A stretch of 64,000 nucleotides of DNA from Lingula anatina (GCA_051362555.1 CM120645.1:7750001-7814000); one strand, 5' to 3'; counted from the stretch's first letter, positions 1 through 12,900 are shown. Notes: a model not told the origin generated them from the sequence alone. A program made the numbers and translations.

Positions 1-504
1 TTGAAGGCCGATATTAATCTTTGTTTAAATTGCGATGATCTTGTCAACTTACAGCGTTGATAAATTTAAATTAGAATGCCCTGTGGCCTTCAGAGCTTAC
101 CTTATGTAAAAATAGGCAACTCATTCAAGGGTCTCGTATGAAGCCAATGTATTCAATGTGACCGATCTAGTTTACCATATCTCCCGTTATTCTGAATGGT
201 CACACATTTTTGCATGTTGTTCTCTAAGGGGAATGGTCAGGATGACTTGATTGCCATATCTCTAAAGTGTCTCATACGGGTAATTTTATTTCAATATAAT
301 AGTTTAATTAACACTCGTTTCGTTTTATTGCAATAGGGTGGTTGTTAAATGTAAATAATCTTAAGAAACATATACCCATAGCTTCTGCACTAGTGATGTC
401 TGAGTAAAAATGTAAAATGATAATCATCTTCTATGTTAATAATGAAAAAATCATCTGAATAAGTCATTGTTATTTAGTTTATTTTGAAAATCTCTTTACT
501 ACAG

Positions 505-1281
505 AAACATATGGTGGCTATCTGAATGGGTTGTGTGGAAATCTCAACGGTGATCCAACTGACGATGATAACCCCTGTGATGGAGGCCCACCTGCAGATT
601 GCTTTGTAGATGACGATAGGTAAGCCATTCTCCCTTTGTGCCACCACCGTGCATTTGACTTTAAATTATAAAGTTGCCTATGAAGTCAATTCTTTGCCAC
701 TTAATCCGACCAAACGCCATCCTATTGTTTCAAATAATATAACTTTGAGAAAAACCAAAAGATAGGCTATATAATATAATATAATATCTATCTATCTATC
801 TACTTCCTAAGCATATTAAATTCATTGCTCTTCTATACTCTTGTTTACTTGTGACTTTATTTAAATCACAAAGTTAAACCTACTCAGCTGCCTAGGGTGA
901 AAAGGTTAATTTGGTCAAAGATGTCAAATTCACTGGTTAACCTTACTTATGACTTTTTCTTTAGTATATTTCCTTTGGGAGATATTATTTGCACAATTGG
1001 CGTAACTCTAGGGTCATTTAGGGAGATAGACTTGGGACAACAATGTTTTAAGTTTGATTCAAATTTAATTAAATTTATTTAAAATGTCAATAACAAGAAG
1101 AGCTTGCAAATTGACTTTAGCACATCCATGTTTCCTTAAAGACTAACAAAATTTTATATGCAAAACCTGATAATAGACACAGAATTGTGATTCCTTTCTT
1201 TGACCATCTACGGCTTGTATCTTACTGTGAATCTACATTTTTAAATATACGTTTTATTTTGTCCATTTCAGCTGCGCCTGA
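505..1281 (+). CDS. 3' end (last two exons) of secreted VWD-domain protein, paralog 1; rest of gene lies upstream of the window
   Basis: Exon 505-619 (tacag|...ag|gtaagc) reads xTYGGYLNGLCGNLNGDPTDDDNPCDGGPPADCFVDDDS, the VWD C-terminal GLCGNxNGxxxDD motif. Terminal exon 1272-1281 (ttcag|c tgc gcc tga) adds S-C-A-stop. Exon sizes and phases match 18830-18944 and 19405-19414. Confidence 0.85.
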
Positions 1282-2480
1282 AACCGCCCCATGAAAGAAA
1301 ACCAAGAACAATGGAGGTTTACAGCCAAGAACTTGGAAAATCTACTGGAAGGATGAAGTTGGGTTTAATTTTATTATTTTAATTGGGGACTATTTTATTG
1401 GATCTACATGTTTTTAAATTGGATATCGTGTGTCTTATAATTGTCAGTGCTCTTTTTACAAGGACACTTAAAACATGGTCTATACTTACACTTTAAAACG
1501 AGATACAAATGATCTTTAGTAAAATGTCTGGCAAAGTTCCTTTAAAGAACTTGTGATGATCTGGCTTGAGTAATAACCGTGTGTTCTAACGAACTTGTTG
1601 CATATACCAATACTGTATTTTAATTGTGCAGGTAAAAGGCACATTGATATTCCAAAAGTGCTTTAATTTCATTAAAGTGGAATTGTTTGACAATTCAGTG
1701 TGGGTATCACACATTTTTGTCAGTAACTTTTTTGTTTTTTTTCACCAAGGATATAAAGAATCATATAGTAAGGATATAAAGAATCATATAGTAAATTTAC
1801 ACCTAAAAGAAAAGATAAAAGAATTTTAGTTAATTCAAATATACTACTGGCAAAGTTCATTTGAAAAACTAGTCATAACTGGGGTTGTTAGTGTACTTGG
1901 TGCATAGACTATCCTTGTATTTTGCTTGCGTACTTTATAGATGCACTGACACAGAAAGGCTATTGAAAATTCATGGGGATTTTTTTTTTACTATAAACGT
2001 GGGATGTTTAAGTGTAGTTATCCGGGAATATATTGTAAAAAAGGGGTTCTATTTACTAGAATTGTGCGTTTTGGGATATTTTAATTTGTGTAATAATCGA
2101 GGGAGATATAGGTGTAAACATTCATGTTAACTGGGGTCTCTTTTTACTTAAGGTATAAGTTTTTGGGGTACATCTATGTACATGTTGTAATCTGGGAAGA
2201 TATTAAAATATCATGCTAATTGGAGGGTTCTTTCAATTTCAATTTTAATCTTGGAACATATTGTGAAAACATGGAAATAAAACTGGTATTCAAATAGGTT
2301 TGTCTTTTTTCTTTTCTATTTCATGTATCAATTACGTTTGAACACAAATGATTCATTTTACATCAACTTATTTAAGGCATGACCATGTGTTTGGGGTAAA
2401 AAGACACGGATTCTGCCCTTTTTGTCTAGTTAACCTAATTATCTGATGATATTTTAAGATATTCTGCACACATTTGAAAA
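1282..2480 (+). repeat. 3' UTR/downstream block duplicated at ~19415-20600
   Basis: Alignable by eye with 19415-20600 (e.g. gaaagaaaaccaa.aacaatggaggtttaca; cactgacacagaaag; aaacatggaaataaaactggtattcaaa). AATAAA at ~2276 and at ~20406 in the paralog. Confidence 0.85.
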
Positions 2481-2580
2481 TGCCCCGCAATCTTTTTTTT
2501 TTTTTCATTCTGCAAAGCTTTTCATTTAAATTTTCCCAATTCTGACTCAAAAGACGATAAATCTCTTTAAATAATAATTA

Positions 2581-3190
2581 CCCAGCTAACACATAACGTT
2601 TTCGTAACGTTATCAATTTCATTCTGGTAATGGTACCAAATTACATTATGATTACGTTATGCAAACGTTATATGTATTTGTGCAACAAAAAGAATGTCCC
2701 AGCTGATAAAAAAGGTTAAGGTAACGTTCTAATACCGTTAGAAAAGATGAAAAACGTTTTTATAAAACGTTACAATGCCATTTACTTGTGAGGTTTTTTA
2801 AAAATGTTTTAAAACGTTCTGGAATAGCATTATAATAAGGTGTTAAAATGGTCTTATAGCTAACAAAAGAAACGTTATGATCACGGTAAAACATCTTTGT
2901 AGAGAAAGTTATTTTGTGTCGTTTTTGAATGTTTTAATGACTTTCTGAAATAACATTATAACATTGTTTTGAAAACATTTTATTACTTACAAGAAACGTT
3001 AATGTAGTGTTTTAAAAACGTTGTAGAAGAATTAAAATGTTTCTATAAAACGTTATAAAACCGTTATATTGTGGATTTTTTCTAATATTTAAAATATCTT
3101 TATAACATTCTGGAATAACATAATAATACTGTTTCGTAAACGTTTTTATAACTAACATAAGCGTTATAAAAAGGATCTTTGAACACGTGG
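2581..3190. mobile_element. Left end of a CCC-terminus (CMC/EnSpm-like) non-autonomous DNA transposon with AACGTT subterminal repeats
   Basis: Starts CCCAGCTAACACATAACGTT, nearly the same as the TIR of the MITE at 7734. Dense AACGTT-like motifs continue for ~600 bp. No matching right end found nearby. Confidence 0.5.
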
Positions 3191-3592
3191 AAAATGTCTC
3201 CCTGGAAAGTTTTGAACAGTACTCGCTTGCATTTGTGCAATACTTAAAAATGCAAAAATAGAAGCATCTGGCACTGTAGGTATCCAGCGTATTTGTATAT
3301 TTCAAAATGTAATATATTCCTCAATTGTTATCATTGATCTTAGCAAAGTTGCCACCACGTTTTGATGAAATTTACAAATCACTACGCTTTGTGAACTACA
3401 CCTACCGGCCAATTTTAAATTCGGGCTAAAGCGGTGCGGATCTTACAACTTTGGAAATTGGATACGTTCCCAAAATAACCGATATGTGATGAAAAGCTTG
3501 AATTAACTATTATACTGAATAAATCACCATGTTTCTGATGTTCTTTTGTTCAATCCTTCCAGAAGATTGATAGGACATCAATCTCCCCTGTG

Positions 3593-3619
<27 letters not shown>
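3593..3619. repeat. (AC)n microsatellite
   Basis: Direct observation. Confidence 0.95.
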
Positions 3620-3624
<5 letters not shown>

Positions 3625-3859
3625 TACACAGCTATGATAAAAACACTGAATTGTGATGTCATACTTAATGACTGGCTGGGAACTTTCACCCATAACCAGA
3701 GTTATCATTTGGATCGCACAGTGTGCTCAAGGCCAAATGTATGGGATAAACATTGAATACATTAAGGAACAATTAATTTATTTATTTATAAATCTTGTTC
3801 ATTATTATCTTGACCATCATTTAAGTACATTATTTTTGTGAGTTTGGAACAAAATAATA

Positions 3860-4559
3860 ACGCTCTTCTACCCAGTTGTTGCAGTGACCTAAAATTTGCA
3901 TAACTTTGGACTTTCATGTACAGACACTACAGCTATTCTTAGCTTGGTAAACTGCTCTTCTTTGCTTACCTTTACCCACAATGATGGAGAGTCACCGCTA
4001 TTGCATAAATTGCACTGGAATCGCATTCACAATGCGTTGTGTAAGGTCCTGCTAGCAGCGTGATTGCATTAGTTGGGCTGTAAGATGTCCTACAGCATTT
4101 CAATATGGGCTGCAGTCTTCTTATCTGATAAGTGAACCATTGCGTTAAATTCTAAGGCAATTTGGTGAAAGTCAACTACTACTCACTATAGATGTCCTTT
4201 CCAAATGTTCATTCCATGAAATGCATGGGTCTCAAAGAATGTTCAGATTTGCCACCAGACATACACCAACACTGAAAGTCCTTGCACTTTTTATTGAAAC
4301 AAAGGTATACTAGCAATCTGGATATCATATTCTTGATTCCACCCAGACAATCTGGCAACCTGCTGTAGATGTCTGGGTCTTCATCATATGACATGCTGGC
4401 TTTAGCCATTATAAAATGCCTGTTTGTCTCACCTGCTGATAAGGAAAAACTTGGTGAGCGTGCAATTTTTGTAATAACCAGTCTTGTTTGGCTTTTCACA
4501 TCCTTTGGCTGCCTTTGACCAATAAGACAACTGAAACGCATTTTTTTACGTCTTGGCAT
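3860..4559 (-). pseudogene. Possible decayed DNA transposase 5' part (Mutator-like PF20700/Kolobok-type)
   Basis: Basic start MPRRKKMRF at 4559. Across stops and frameshifts it continues VVDFHQIALEF...MRFQCNLCN...KLRIAVVSVH, resembling the IVD..CxxC N-terminal region of this transposase class. Recognition from memory only. Confidence 0.3.
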
Positions 4560-6167
4560 ATACTTAATTCTTATTGCTGCCTCCACATCTTCAAAATGGT
4601 ATTTTTGTGTCTTCATCTCTTTATGTATCTCCCTCTCTCTGATTCCCTGCAACCTCTTTATAACCCTTTTTAAGTCCTTAATTAAAGTTTTATATAAACA
4701 TATATGTATATAGCTGGTCTTTTCTCTCATATTATCATCAATTACTAAAATGTATAACTATAATGAATCAAACAAAAAATTATGTATAAAATGCAACATG
4801 CAAAACACCATAATTGAAATGTTTTTTTTTTTAAATATGGATTTATCTACAATTTCTATCACTGACAGGTATAATGCATTAAACGTAATGCAGCTTCGGA
4901 ATATTGAATATGTTATATGTAAATAGCATTTACATTTATCTACAAAACACATGAAAAACCATTATCTATATGAAACAGTCTTTGTCTTACAGAAAAATTA
5001 ATTGTTCTATAATCTGACCAAATCCTCATATACCCACTGTAATTCAAAACTCAGATGTAGAATATCACCGTAATTACAACTACTCCCAGTATACATATAC
5101 ATCTCATTTTTAATATAGGCGAATATTTGTTGTACTTAATATCCTTTATAAGTAATTATGTATTGTGACACATGTATAGTATGGGGGATGTATGATTATC
5201 CCCCGTTTTTTTTTTTTTTTTTTTTTTTTGTAACTTTGTATCATATTACCTTTTAGTCATTAATAAATGACAATTTTCAATGATATAATTCTAAAACTTA
5301 TTTAATTTTGAGCAAAAACAAATCTTCGTTGTGTTAGTGAGCTTTTGGCTACATAAATATGGTTTGATGAATTTGAGAACTTTATCTGTTTAAGAGATTT
5401 AAAACAAGAAAAATTCATTTTAAATTTACCATTATCGTTGACCTCAGCTGCATTAGAGAGGTGCGAAACATTAGCAGGCGACTTAAAAAAGAGCTGAGAA
5501 ACCTTTATCATGACTTTTGGGCATATTTTGGTTTAAAGTAATGTGACCTGGTAAATGACACAAAATTGACACAGCTAGATAAGCTAATACTGTTGAGAGC
5601 AATTAAAAATATCTTGCTGCCACTAATAAGGGCATTTTGTGGTTCAACGGGAACCACGTGACTTATTTCAGTAAGTTACGCAAGCACAGTTAGCTTAGCT
5701 GAAAACGCTATGCAACCTTCAAGGGATAAGCAGAAAACTAATCGCATGGATGTGATGGCCAAAATAGATGCCTTCAGCGCACAAATAACTAACTATCGCT
5801 ATACAGAGATTCTTGCAGTGGAAATGCCTGCAAATGTAGGAGGGGTGACATCGTTGCACCCGAGAGAACAGACTGCAGCGTTCCAACAGGTATCTGGGCA
5901 ATACACTCGAAAAGTGTGTGCAACAAGAACACAGGGACATTCTCAATGTCATAGGTACCAGAACAAAAGTAATATACAAGAATAAAGTATGAGATCCTGT
6001 GTGAAAAAGATCCAGTTTGACTGTCTAGTGTATTATAACTACCGCGCCCCTAGCTGCCCCTTAAACGGTGGCTCAGCAGCAGAGGAAGATGACTGTGGAG
6101 TTCTCAGCTGGGCATCTGACGTAAGTCTTAGGCCATGTTTTACTTTCATTACCCATCAATGACAGGG

Positions 6168-6317
6168 CCAATAGATGTGAAGTCGCCCGTACTGATCAGA
6201 TATAAAAGAAGTTTCGGGAGTGAATAGGTCATGCTATCCAGTATAGTATCAAACTAAACTGGTGAAAATATAAGTAAAGCAGCACTACCTAAAGCAAGCG
6301 CTATCGATACAGAAATT
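6168..6317 (+). promoter_or_regulatory. CCAAT + TATA core promoter followed by a short non-coding exon
   Basis: CCAAT 6168-6172, TATAAAAG 6201-6208, Inr-like TCA ~30 nt downstream, donor att|GTAAGT at 6318. Possible acceptor tgcag| at 9838, upstream of the VWD gene ATG. Confidence 0.4.
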
Positions 6318-7733
6318 GTAAGTGTACTAAAAAAATTTAAATCAATATCAACTAATAAAAACAAAGATCAAAATATATCAACTGGGAAAGCATTAAGACA
6401 AGCACATCAATTGAAGACAGATATCACAAATCCTGATTTGAATGGGAATTTAAACAAAAACGGCTTACAATTTTGATTGGTTAGAAGCGTGATATTTTCG
6501 CTAAAGATATGTCAAAATTGGGTACGGCAAACGTGTGCGGACATCAAATTCAGACGGTAGGCCTAAATGATATCTCCGTGAAACAAACGTTTTACGGAAC
6601 ATCTCCCAGTTAAATGGCGGATTGGTAAACACATCAAGGAAATGTTATAGCTTAGAAATACAGAATGAGGTATGAGTGTGTATTTTTCTCCAGTATTGGC
6701 AGTATTTGCAGCTCCCATACACTGGCCGCGTGGAAAAAGTTTTTGATGCAATAGGCAATTAAAAAGCTCAAATTTTAGTTCATTGGATATGGCAAGTGCA
6801 TAATGGCAACTGAAGTAAGATCAAAAAAAAAAAAACATTTATTGCATACCTAGTCATTTTCAATTCTTAAAACTTTATTCTGAGCTAAGAAATACCCGGA
6901 CTCTAATTAATCACCTGCTTAAATATATTAATTGGAAAAATGTTCTATTGTATATCGACGACATATTTGTAATTAGCGAAACAATCTGAGATCATTTGAA
7001 TCATTGTAATCTAGTGTTCAAAATGTTACGAACAGCAAACAAAATTAATATTATTATTATTACTATTATTATTTAACTCATATAAATATACAAAATATAT
7101 ATATATCAGAAATTTGAATACTGACGGAGCTCTTGAAAGTGATAAAAATGTTGTTAATAGTTATGATAATAATTCAATCCTGAATTTTAAGAGGTAAAAT
7201 TCAAATGGCTAATAAGATAGCATATTAAAAGATAATTAGAATTGAAATTTAGGGTTAAAAATGGAAACAGACAGAGGGTACTTTCTTTAAAAGTTAAAGT
7301 CTTGTGACTTGGTGAATTGTGAGCAAGCTAAACGCAGGATGATAAAAGTCACTCATCGTGTGTGCCGTTCTCCTGTAAATTATCTCAACAGATATGCCAA
7401 TAGATGGTACACAATATTCATGACCAATTAACGTACATGGCAACAATACGTTTCAGTCTCCCTTTGCCTTCCTCCGTTGCACCACCAAACCATGTAATAA
7501 AATCTAAAGTTAAATTCAGTTTACGCTCATAGAAAGATTTACTCAAAAGCGCTTTAATAATTTAAGGGATGTCAAAATCTTTATTGGGTGTGATCTAGAT
7601 CACGTCCGTCAGCGGTTTAACTAATAGTCCACGCCTTTAACACAGAGCGCTCCGATGAATCAATATACAGCGCTCTTTAGTTTAAGCTTCACCCAATAAG
7701 CTTCACTCTTTAGTTTAAGCTTCACCCAAATAA

Positions 7734-7829
7734 CCCAGCAAACACAGAACGTTATTGTAGCGTTATCATAACGCTTATATAATAAAAAACGTTATGGTAA
7801 CGATAAAGTAACGTTCTGTGTTTGTTGGG
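7734..7829. mobile_element. 96-bp MITE, CCC...GGG termini (CMC/EnSpm-like)
   Basis: TIR CCCAGCAAACACAGAACGTTA / TAACGTTCTGTGTTTGTTGGG (1 mismatch). Adjacent 24-bp direct repeat within 7673-7729. No clear TSD. Confidence 0.75.
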
Positions 7830-8303
7830 CACAAACAGCTTATTGTCCAACAGCCGTTGCTTATCTCCTCGTACTCATTAACGCAAATCGGCAGATGCAC
7901 CCTGACAAGCGACCAACAACCCCAGAAACGAGTTCCAAAGTAAGCCCATGATACGGCCTTGCTGTTCCACACTGGTTTCACTGAACACAGACTCAGCAAG
8001 CATAACCTGGTACCATCGGAGAACTAGAAGTATACTGTTAAATATTTCTTTCTCTCGTTATCTGTGGTCTTCCCCGCAGAAGATCTTTCATCACAGATTT
8101 TCCTACTTGGCCCATCTGCTACGGAAAACAAAGTTTCGGTGTGAATTATGGGAGACCTCTATTCTTTTATTTGTAGATTAATAAGACTCATATCCACAAG
8201 TAGTAGTATAATTCTGAGTAAGGCAGCCTCTCACTGATTTCAATCTGCCTGCCACAGGTAAAGATAAAATCTACGGAGTTGAATGCGTATAGGGGCCCAC
8301 AAA

Positions 8304-8478
8304 GGCCGCATTCAGAATAAGGAACTAACTAGTCCGAGGGTCAAATATGGCCGACCCACTTGAAAACTTACCCACGGGATATCTATTCAGTATTTATTAG
8401 CGGATTAGACGGCAAGCTTTGTAGTATGTCGCCATATTTGACCCTGGGACTAGTTAGTCCCCTATTCTGAATGGGGCC
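8304..8478. mobile_element. PIF/Harbinger-like MITE
   Basis: ~48-bp imperfect TIRs GGCCGCATTCAGAATAAGGAACTAACTAGTCC...GGACTAGTTAGTCCCCTATTCTGAATGGGGCC, with AAA on both flanks (3-bp TSD). Confidence 0.75.
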
Positions 8479-8639
8479 AAATTCTACATGTTTTGGTATA
8501 ATAAGAGTATGTCCTAAGTTTAGTTTCGGGTGGAGAGACCCTATCTTTTAGATGTCGTTTGTTCATAATTTTAGTTCAAGTATATTAATAGATATATTTT
8601 GACATAATTTGTTATCACTTGTTTTTTTTCGGCTATAAT

Positions 8640-9010
8640 AATTAACTGCATTAGATAATCCATTATTTCGCCTTCACACCGTTATATGAAATAAAATACT
8701 CTACCGTAGCTCTTTACAAGTTGATCAAAATGCTTGGTGTGCTTCCGAAACCCGTCAGCTTCTTTAAAAAATCAATTCTCAGACTTGCTTATCAGAATTT
8801 GTGTGCTAAATGTAATTACGTATTCATGTAGACCCTTAAAATCTTAAACTCATCAACCCTTTTTACCTCAGTATTTTTAATGAAAATTGAAGACTTCATA
8901 TTTTCGTTCTTTTTAAAGTTCAACACTAACTCTTTTGTTTTTCTAGCATTTGAAACTAAGTTACTCTCATTCTGAGAATCTCGCTTATAAGACCCTCTTG
9001 TGAACCGATC
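8640..9010 (-). mobile_element. Degenerate LINE (L2/Rex-Babar/CR1 group) reverse transcriptase C-terminal fragment
   Basis: NLVSNARKTKELVLNFKK...IFIKNTEVKRVDEFKILRVY then LRIDFLKKLTGFGSTPSILINL*RATVE. Matches the LN..KTKEL..DFRK / VERV..FKFLGV / RLYFLRKL..F..YRATVES thumb motifs, with stops. Confidence 0.8.
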
Positions 9011-9615
9011 CATTTTTGGAGGTAATTATGGAAGTAACATTTTGTCTTTTCTTAAAGATGCAGTTCTTGTCGCAGCTTTTGCAGAATGTGTCTGTTGAAA
9101 ACGGATTCAAATATTCTATGTTGTGTCTATCAGGCTTTCTTGTCTTCGGCGCCTGCCCATCTTTCTTATAAGGACAACAATGATCGTCTGACTTATTATT
9201 AGTCCATGCGCATGCAGATCTTGCATAACTGTAGTTTTACAACGAAGTTCATTTATGATTACTTGCTTTGTTTTCTGGAGATGTTTTGAATTGGACGACC
9301 GGGTTAGAACTGATGAAAAAATTATATGTGTAATGTGTCAGAATATATCGAAGTACTTCTGAGCGAGAGAAGAGAGAGTTACCAGAAGATGAAATGTGCA
9401 GTGGTAAAAAACTGCTGTTCAAAGAGAATTAGAGATTGGATACGATAATTTATTATTCACATTTGCAATGTGTTTACCTACGCATCGTGCCCGCCTTGTC
9501 AGGGCATAATTTTAATTAAGCGATTTCTTTCGATGAATAATTTGTATAGAGCTAAAAAACTTGGATAAGCTGGCGTACTTTGACAAAGAGGCAGGTTTCA
9601 GACGACACTGCCTTT

Positions 9616-9778
9616 TACAGAATGCATGCACTTTTTGGCACGCCAATCAGCTGCCAATCAACTGCCATCAGCTGCCAATTACAAGCAAGCCCAGAATTAC
9701 AAAATGCATGCCCTTTTTAGCAGACCAATCAGCTACCAATCAGCTGCCATCAGCTACCAATCACGAGCAAGCCCAGAA
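9616..9778 (+). promoter_or_regulatory. Two ~81-bp tandem units packed with CCAAT boxes and CAGCTG E-boxes, just upstream of the VWD gene ATG
   Basis: Units start ttacagaatgcatgc (9616) and ttacaaaatgcatgc (9697). Each contains an 11-bp ccaatcagctg-like subrepeat, six CCAAT in total. The repeat is certain; a regulatory role is inferred. Confidence 0.55.
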
Positions 9779-9918
9779 AATGCGTAACAACGCATGCGCG
9801 ATGAGGACTCTCCCTGTTTTCTAATGCATATAATGCAGATTATTTGAATATATCATTATTGCGTGGCAGACTTCTGGACAGCAAAGTTGGACATCTCTCA
9901 TCATTTCACTGTGTCAAA

Positions 9919-12900
9919 ATGCTGCCAATAGCTGTTGCATTTGTTTTGCTTATCTCTCAACAACTGGACCAAATCGGTAAGTATTCAAATCTTTTACTTT
10001 CGCATTTTATGAGTTTCCTTATACCATGTATTGGACATTAAAGCAGTTTTAATACCAAGTCATAGCAATATTTAAAAAGTAAACTGCAAGCTTTTTAAGA
10101 TGTGTAATTTGCAAGCGTTTGGACATGTTTCACAGCCATATACTTATTTTGCAAAGTTTTGTCTATTTCGTCATTTAGACCTTAGAGACGATAAAACACC
10201 TTAAATAAAAGTTTGACTGAAGCTTACCTTATGTTGTTTTTTTTTTTTCAATCTTTTCAATGCAAGATGGTAGCCATCACATTAGGCACTTTTATCAATT
10301 GTACAGGATACAATGCCATGATACAAAACACCGCGCCATTTTCTTGAAATGGCCGGTCATTTTGACAGTAACTGTCAAATTACAATAGAATAAAACATTG
10401 ATTGCAAGTGCAGGAACGGAGCAATGATTTCCGAGTAGAAAAAAGTTTTTGGGGAGACTTTGTTTACACTCATTCTGAGTATGTGAGTCCATTTGAAGAA
10501 AACAGAAAACTGAAAATTTTAGTTTAAGATATTGCCACGAATTCTATTTTTTAAATCTCTGATGGCAGAAACTGATACATCATTGAATTTTTAAAATTCA
10601 TGTCTTGCTAGTATGGGGACGAAGAAACGAAGGTTTAACTTATTTTGGCAACAGGTTTTAAATATAACAACCATTAAGTATAATATTCTAGCGTAATTAA
10701 TAGTAACAAAAATTAGACCGCGCAAAAGGGGTATGACGAGATGAACATTTATTTTACTGACATATGTTGCCATGTTTCGTCTTAAACAAATGACTGTGTC
10801 CTGTCACCATATTCTCTTGCTAATAGTGGATAAAACTAAATTGAAGGTTTCATATTACAAAAAACATCAAGCAATTAAAACTAATAACATGCGCCAAAAA
10901 ACGTTACGTTACCTTTTTCAGTTTTTGAAAATCGGCGACACCATGAAAGTAGCCTCAAGCTATTTATTGAGTTATTCGAAATAAACATTCAAAACATTTT
11001 GTGAGACGTTAGACACCGCACTGGCTTCCTGACAAGTTGCACATTTTTCTACTTACGTAAAAATGAAGTAGATCGATTGGAGAAAGTGAAATGGTGCTGC
11101 GGACGGCAGTAACGACGGTTTAAAATCTAGTCCATGTTGTTTGAAAACAGATTAAGCTGGTAATTATTATTTTTTGTAAGTTGCTAGACTTCAATTAGTT
11201 AAGTTCCACTTGGACAAACAATTCCTCCGCTCGCTTACTTTTAATAAAAGGGAAAATGTTAAATGGACCTAAATACTGAGAATAAGTATTTAGCAAATAA
11301 ATCTCGAACAAATTACTTTTAAGGTGTTCGGTTACAATAATGATTTACCGTGGCATTGATTTTACATTGACAAATAATATTAAAAGATCTGTGTAGGTAA
11401 TACCTGATAACAACGTGACAGGCAATTTAATAAAACCATGTTGTCTCGTCCGCTAGTGCTGGTTTTCAAACAGAATCTCCATTTTAGATTTTCTGCTTGA
11501 GTTTCGTCTATAAAACAGGCATGTAGGTCTGGCAATTTTTACTGCTTCGGCATTTAACAGAGTTAAAGGCACAGAGATTGACAAACTACTATATCAAAAT
11601 TCGTTTGCCTTTTGGACGTTGCTATAAGCAGACAATGTGAAACCATTATGTGTTACGTTACTACACACTGCAGTTGTTCAGGAGGAGCTTGTTTTTAATT
11701 ATTATACAACTTACGGTCCAAATTTTGCACAGCATTTAAGGTCAGATAAGGTACACTATAGTAAAAAATTGTGGTACGTATAAACTTATACTGACAATTT
11801 GGCAAGAACGCTAGCAAATATTTCTGAGGTTAAGAGGGTACAAAATCAAGGTTGGAACAATCATATCTCAACCTTTTCCTTTTTTAATTATATCATAGCA
11901 ATAAGAAGAAACAACACAACCTCTTTTAACTGATCATGATTCCTAAAACATGGTAACCTTTTCAACGCAATTCACACATTGTGAACTATCGTTCTACGCA
12001 ATTATTAACATACACTGTATTTCATGAAAAAATAAATCATAATTTCCAATAAATATATTTCTTAATACAAAAGCATGCGCTTAGTTTTTTTAAGATGAGT
12101 ACAAATGTGTTTTCATGTTCATACAAAGAATTAAATGAAATCTTCTTGATCTGTCATTAAAATGGCCAATTTTCACAAGGGAAATTCAGATTAAAAATAG
12201 TGCAATAACTTTTAATAGGCTCATTAGAAGTCAGTCTTGCTGTTGGGTAGAAATTGATCATGGTACGAGAAAAAGGTTGCTTTGAGGGACCGTAGTTGTG
12301 CCATTGATGTCATTGGTTTTAACACATTCGCTGGTTGCCCTGGTCCAATCATTATTGACTTATTTTGCTTTCTTGAGTATACGGTGTGACAGGAATGGCA
12401 GTCTGCTACAGCTTGGAACGGTAGTCCGTTCTCGTTTCTTTGAACAGGTGACATTCGTCCCATATACCAACCCCTATACTACGACTAAACCTAACCTGTA
12501 CTAGTCATATGGGACCCCGGATTTCCATTCCTAGGACTACCATTCCTGTCACACCGGATCTCTAGTAAGCATTCCAGTGATGGCGGTTCCTTTCCCACTT
12601 TACGACTGCCAGTTATAAAAAAAACTAAGGTTAATTGAACACAGAAGCTAAGTTCAAGTTCAAGTTCAAAGGGTTTATTTAATTATAAATCACATGTTGA
12701 AAGCAGTACAGAGATTCTGTATTCATGTACTTTTTGATAGTTACCATAATTTTTTAACCAAGCCCTAAGATGGACTAAAAGCTATACGCTAAGTAATATT
12801 TTTATATACAGACACAGATCTATGTGTCTGTACATATAGCCGTCACCTGCATCTTTCGTCGCCGTTATGGTGCATTTTCAGAGATAACTCCATTAATAAA

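Noticed and set aside
10070-11125. Possible Kolobok-like non-autonomous element starting TTAAAAAGTAAACTGCAAGC
   Set aside because: No matching right terminus or second copy found in the window.
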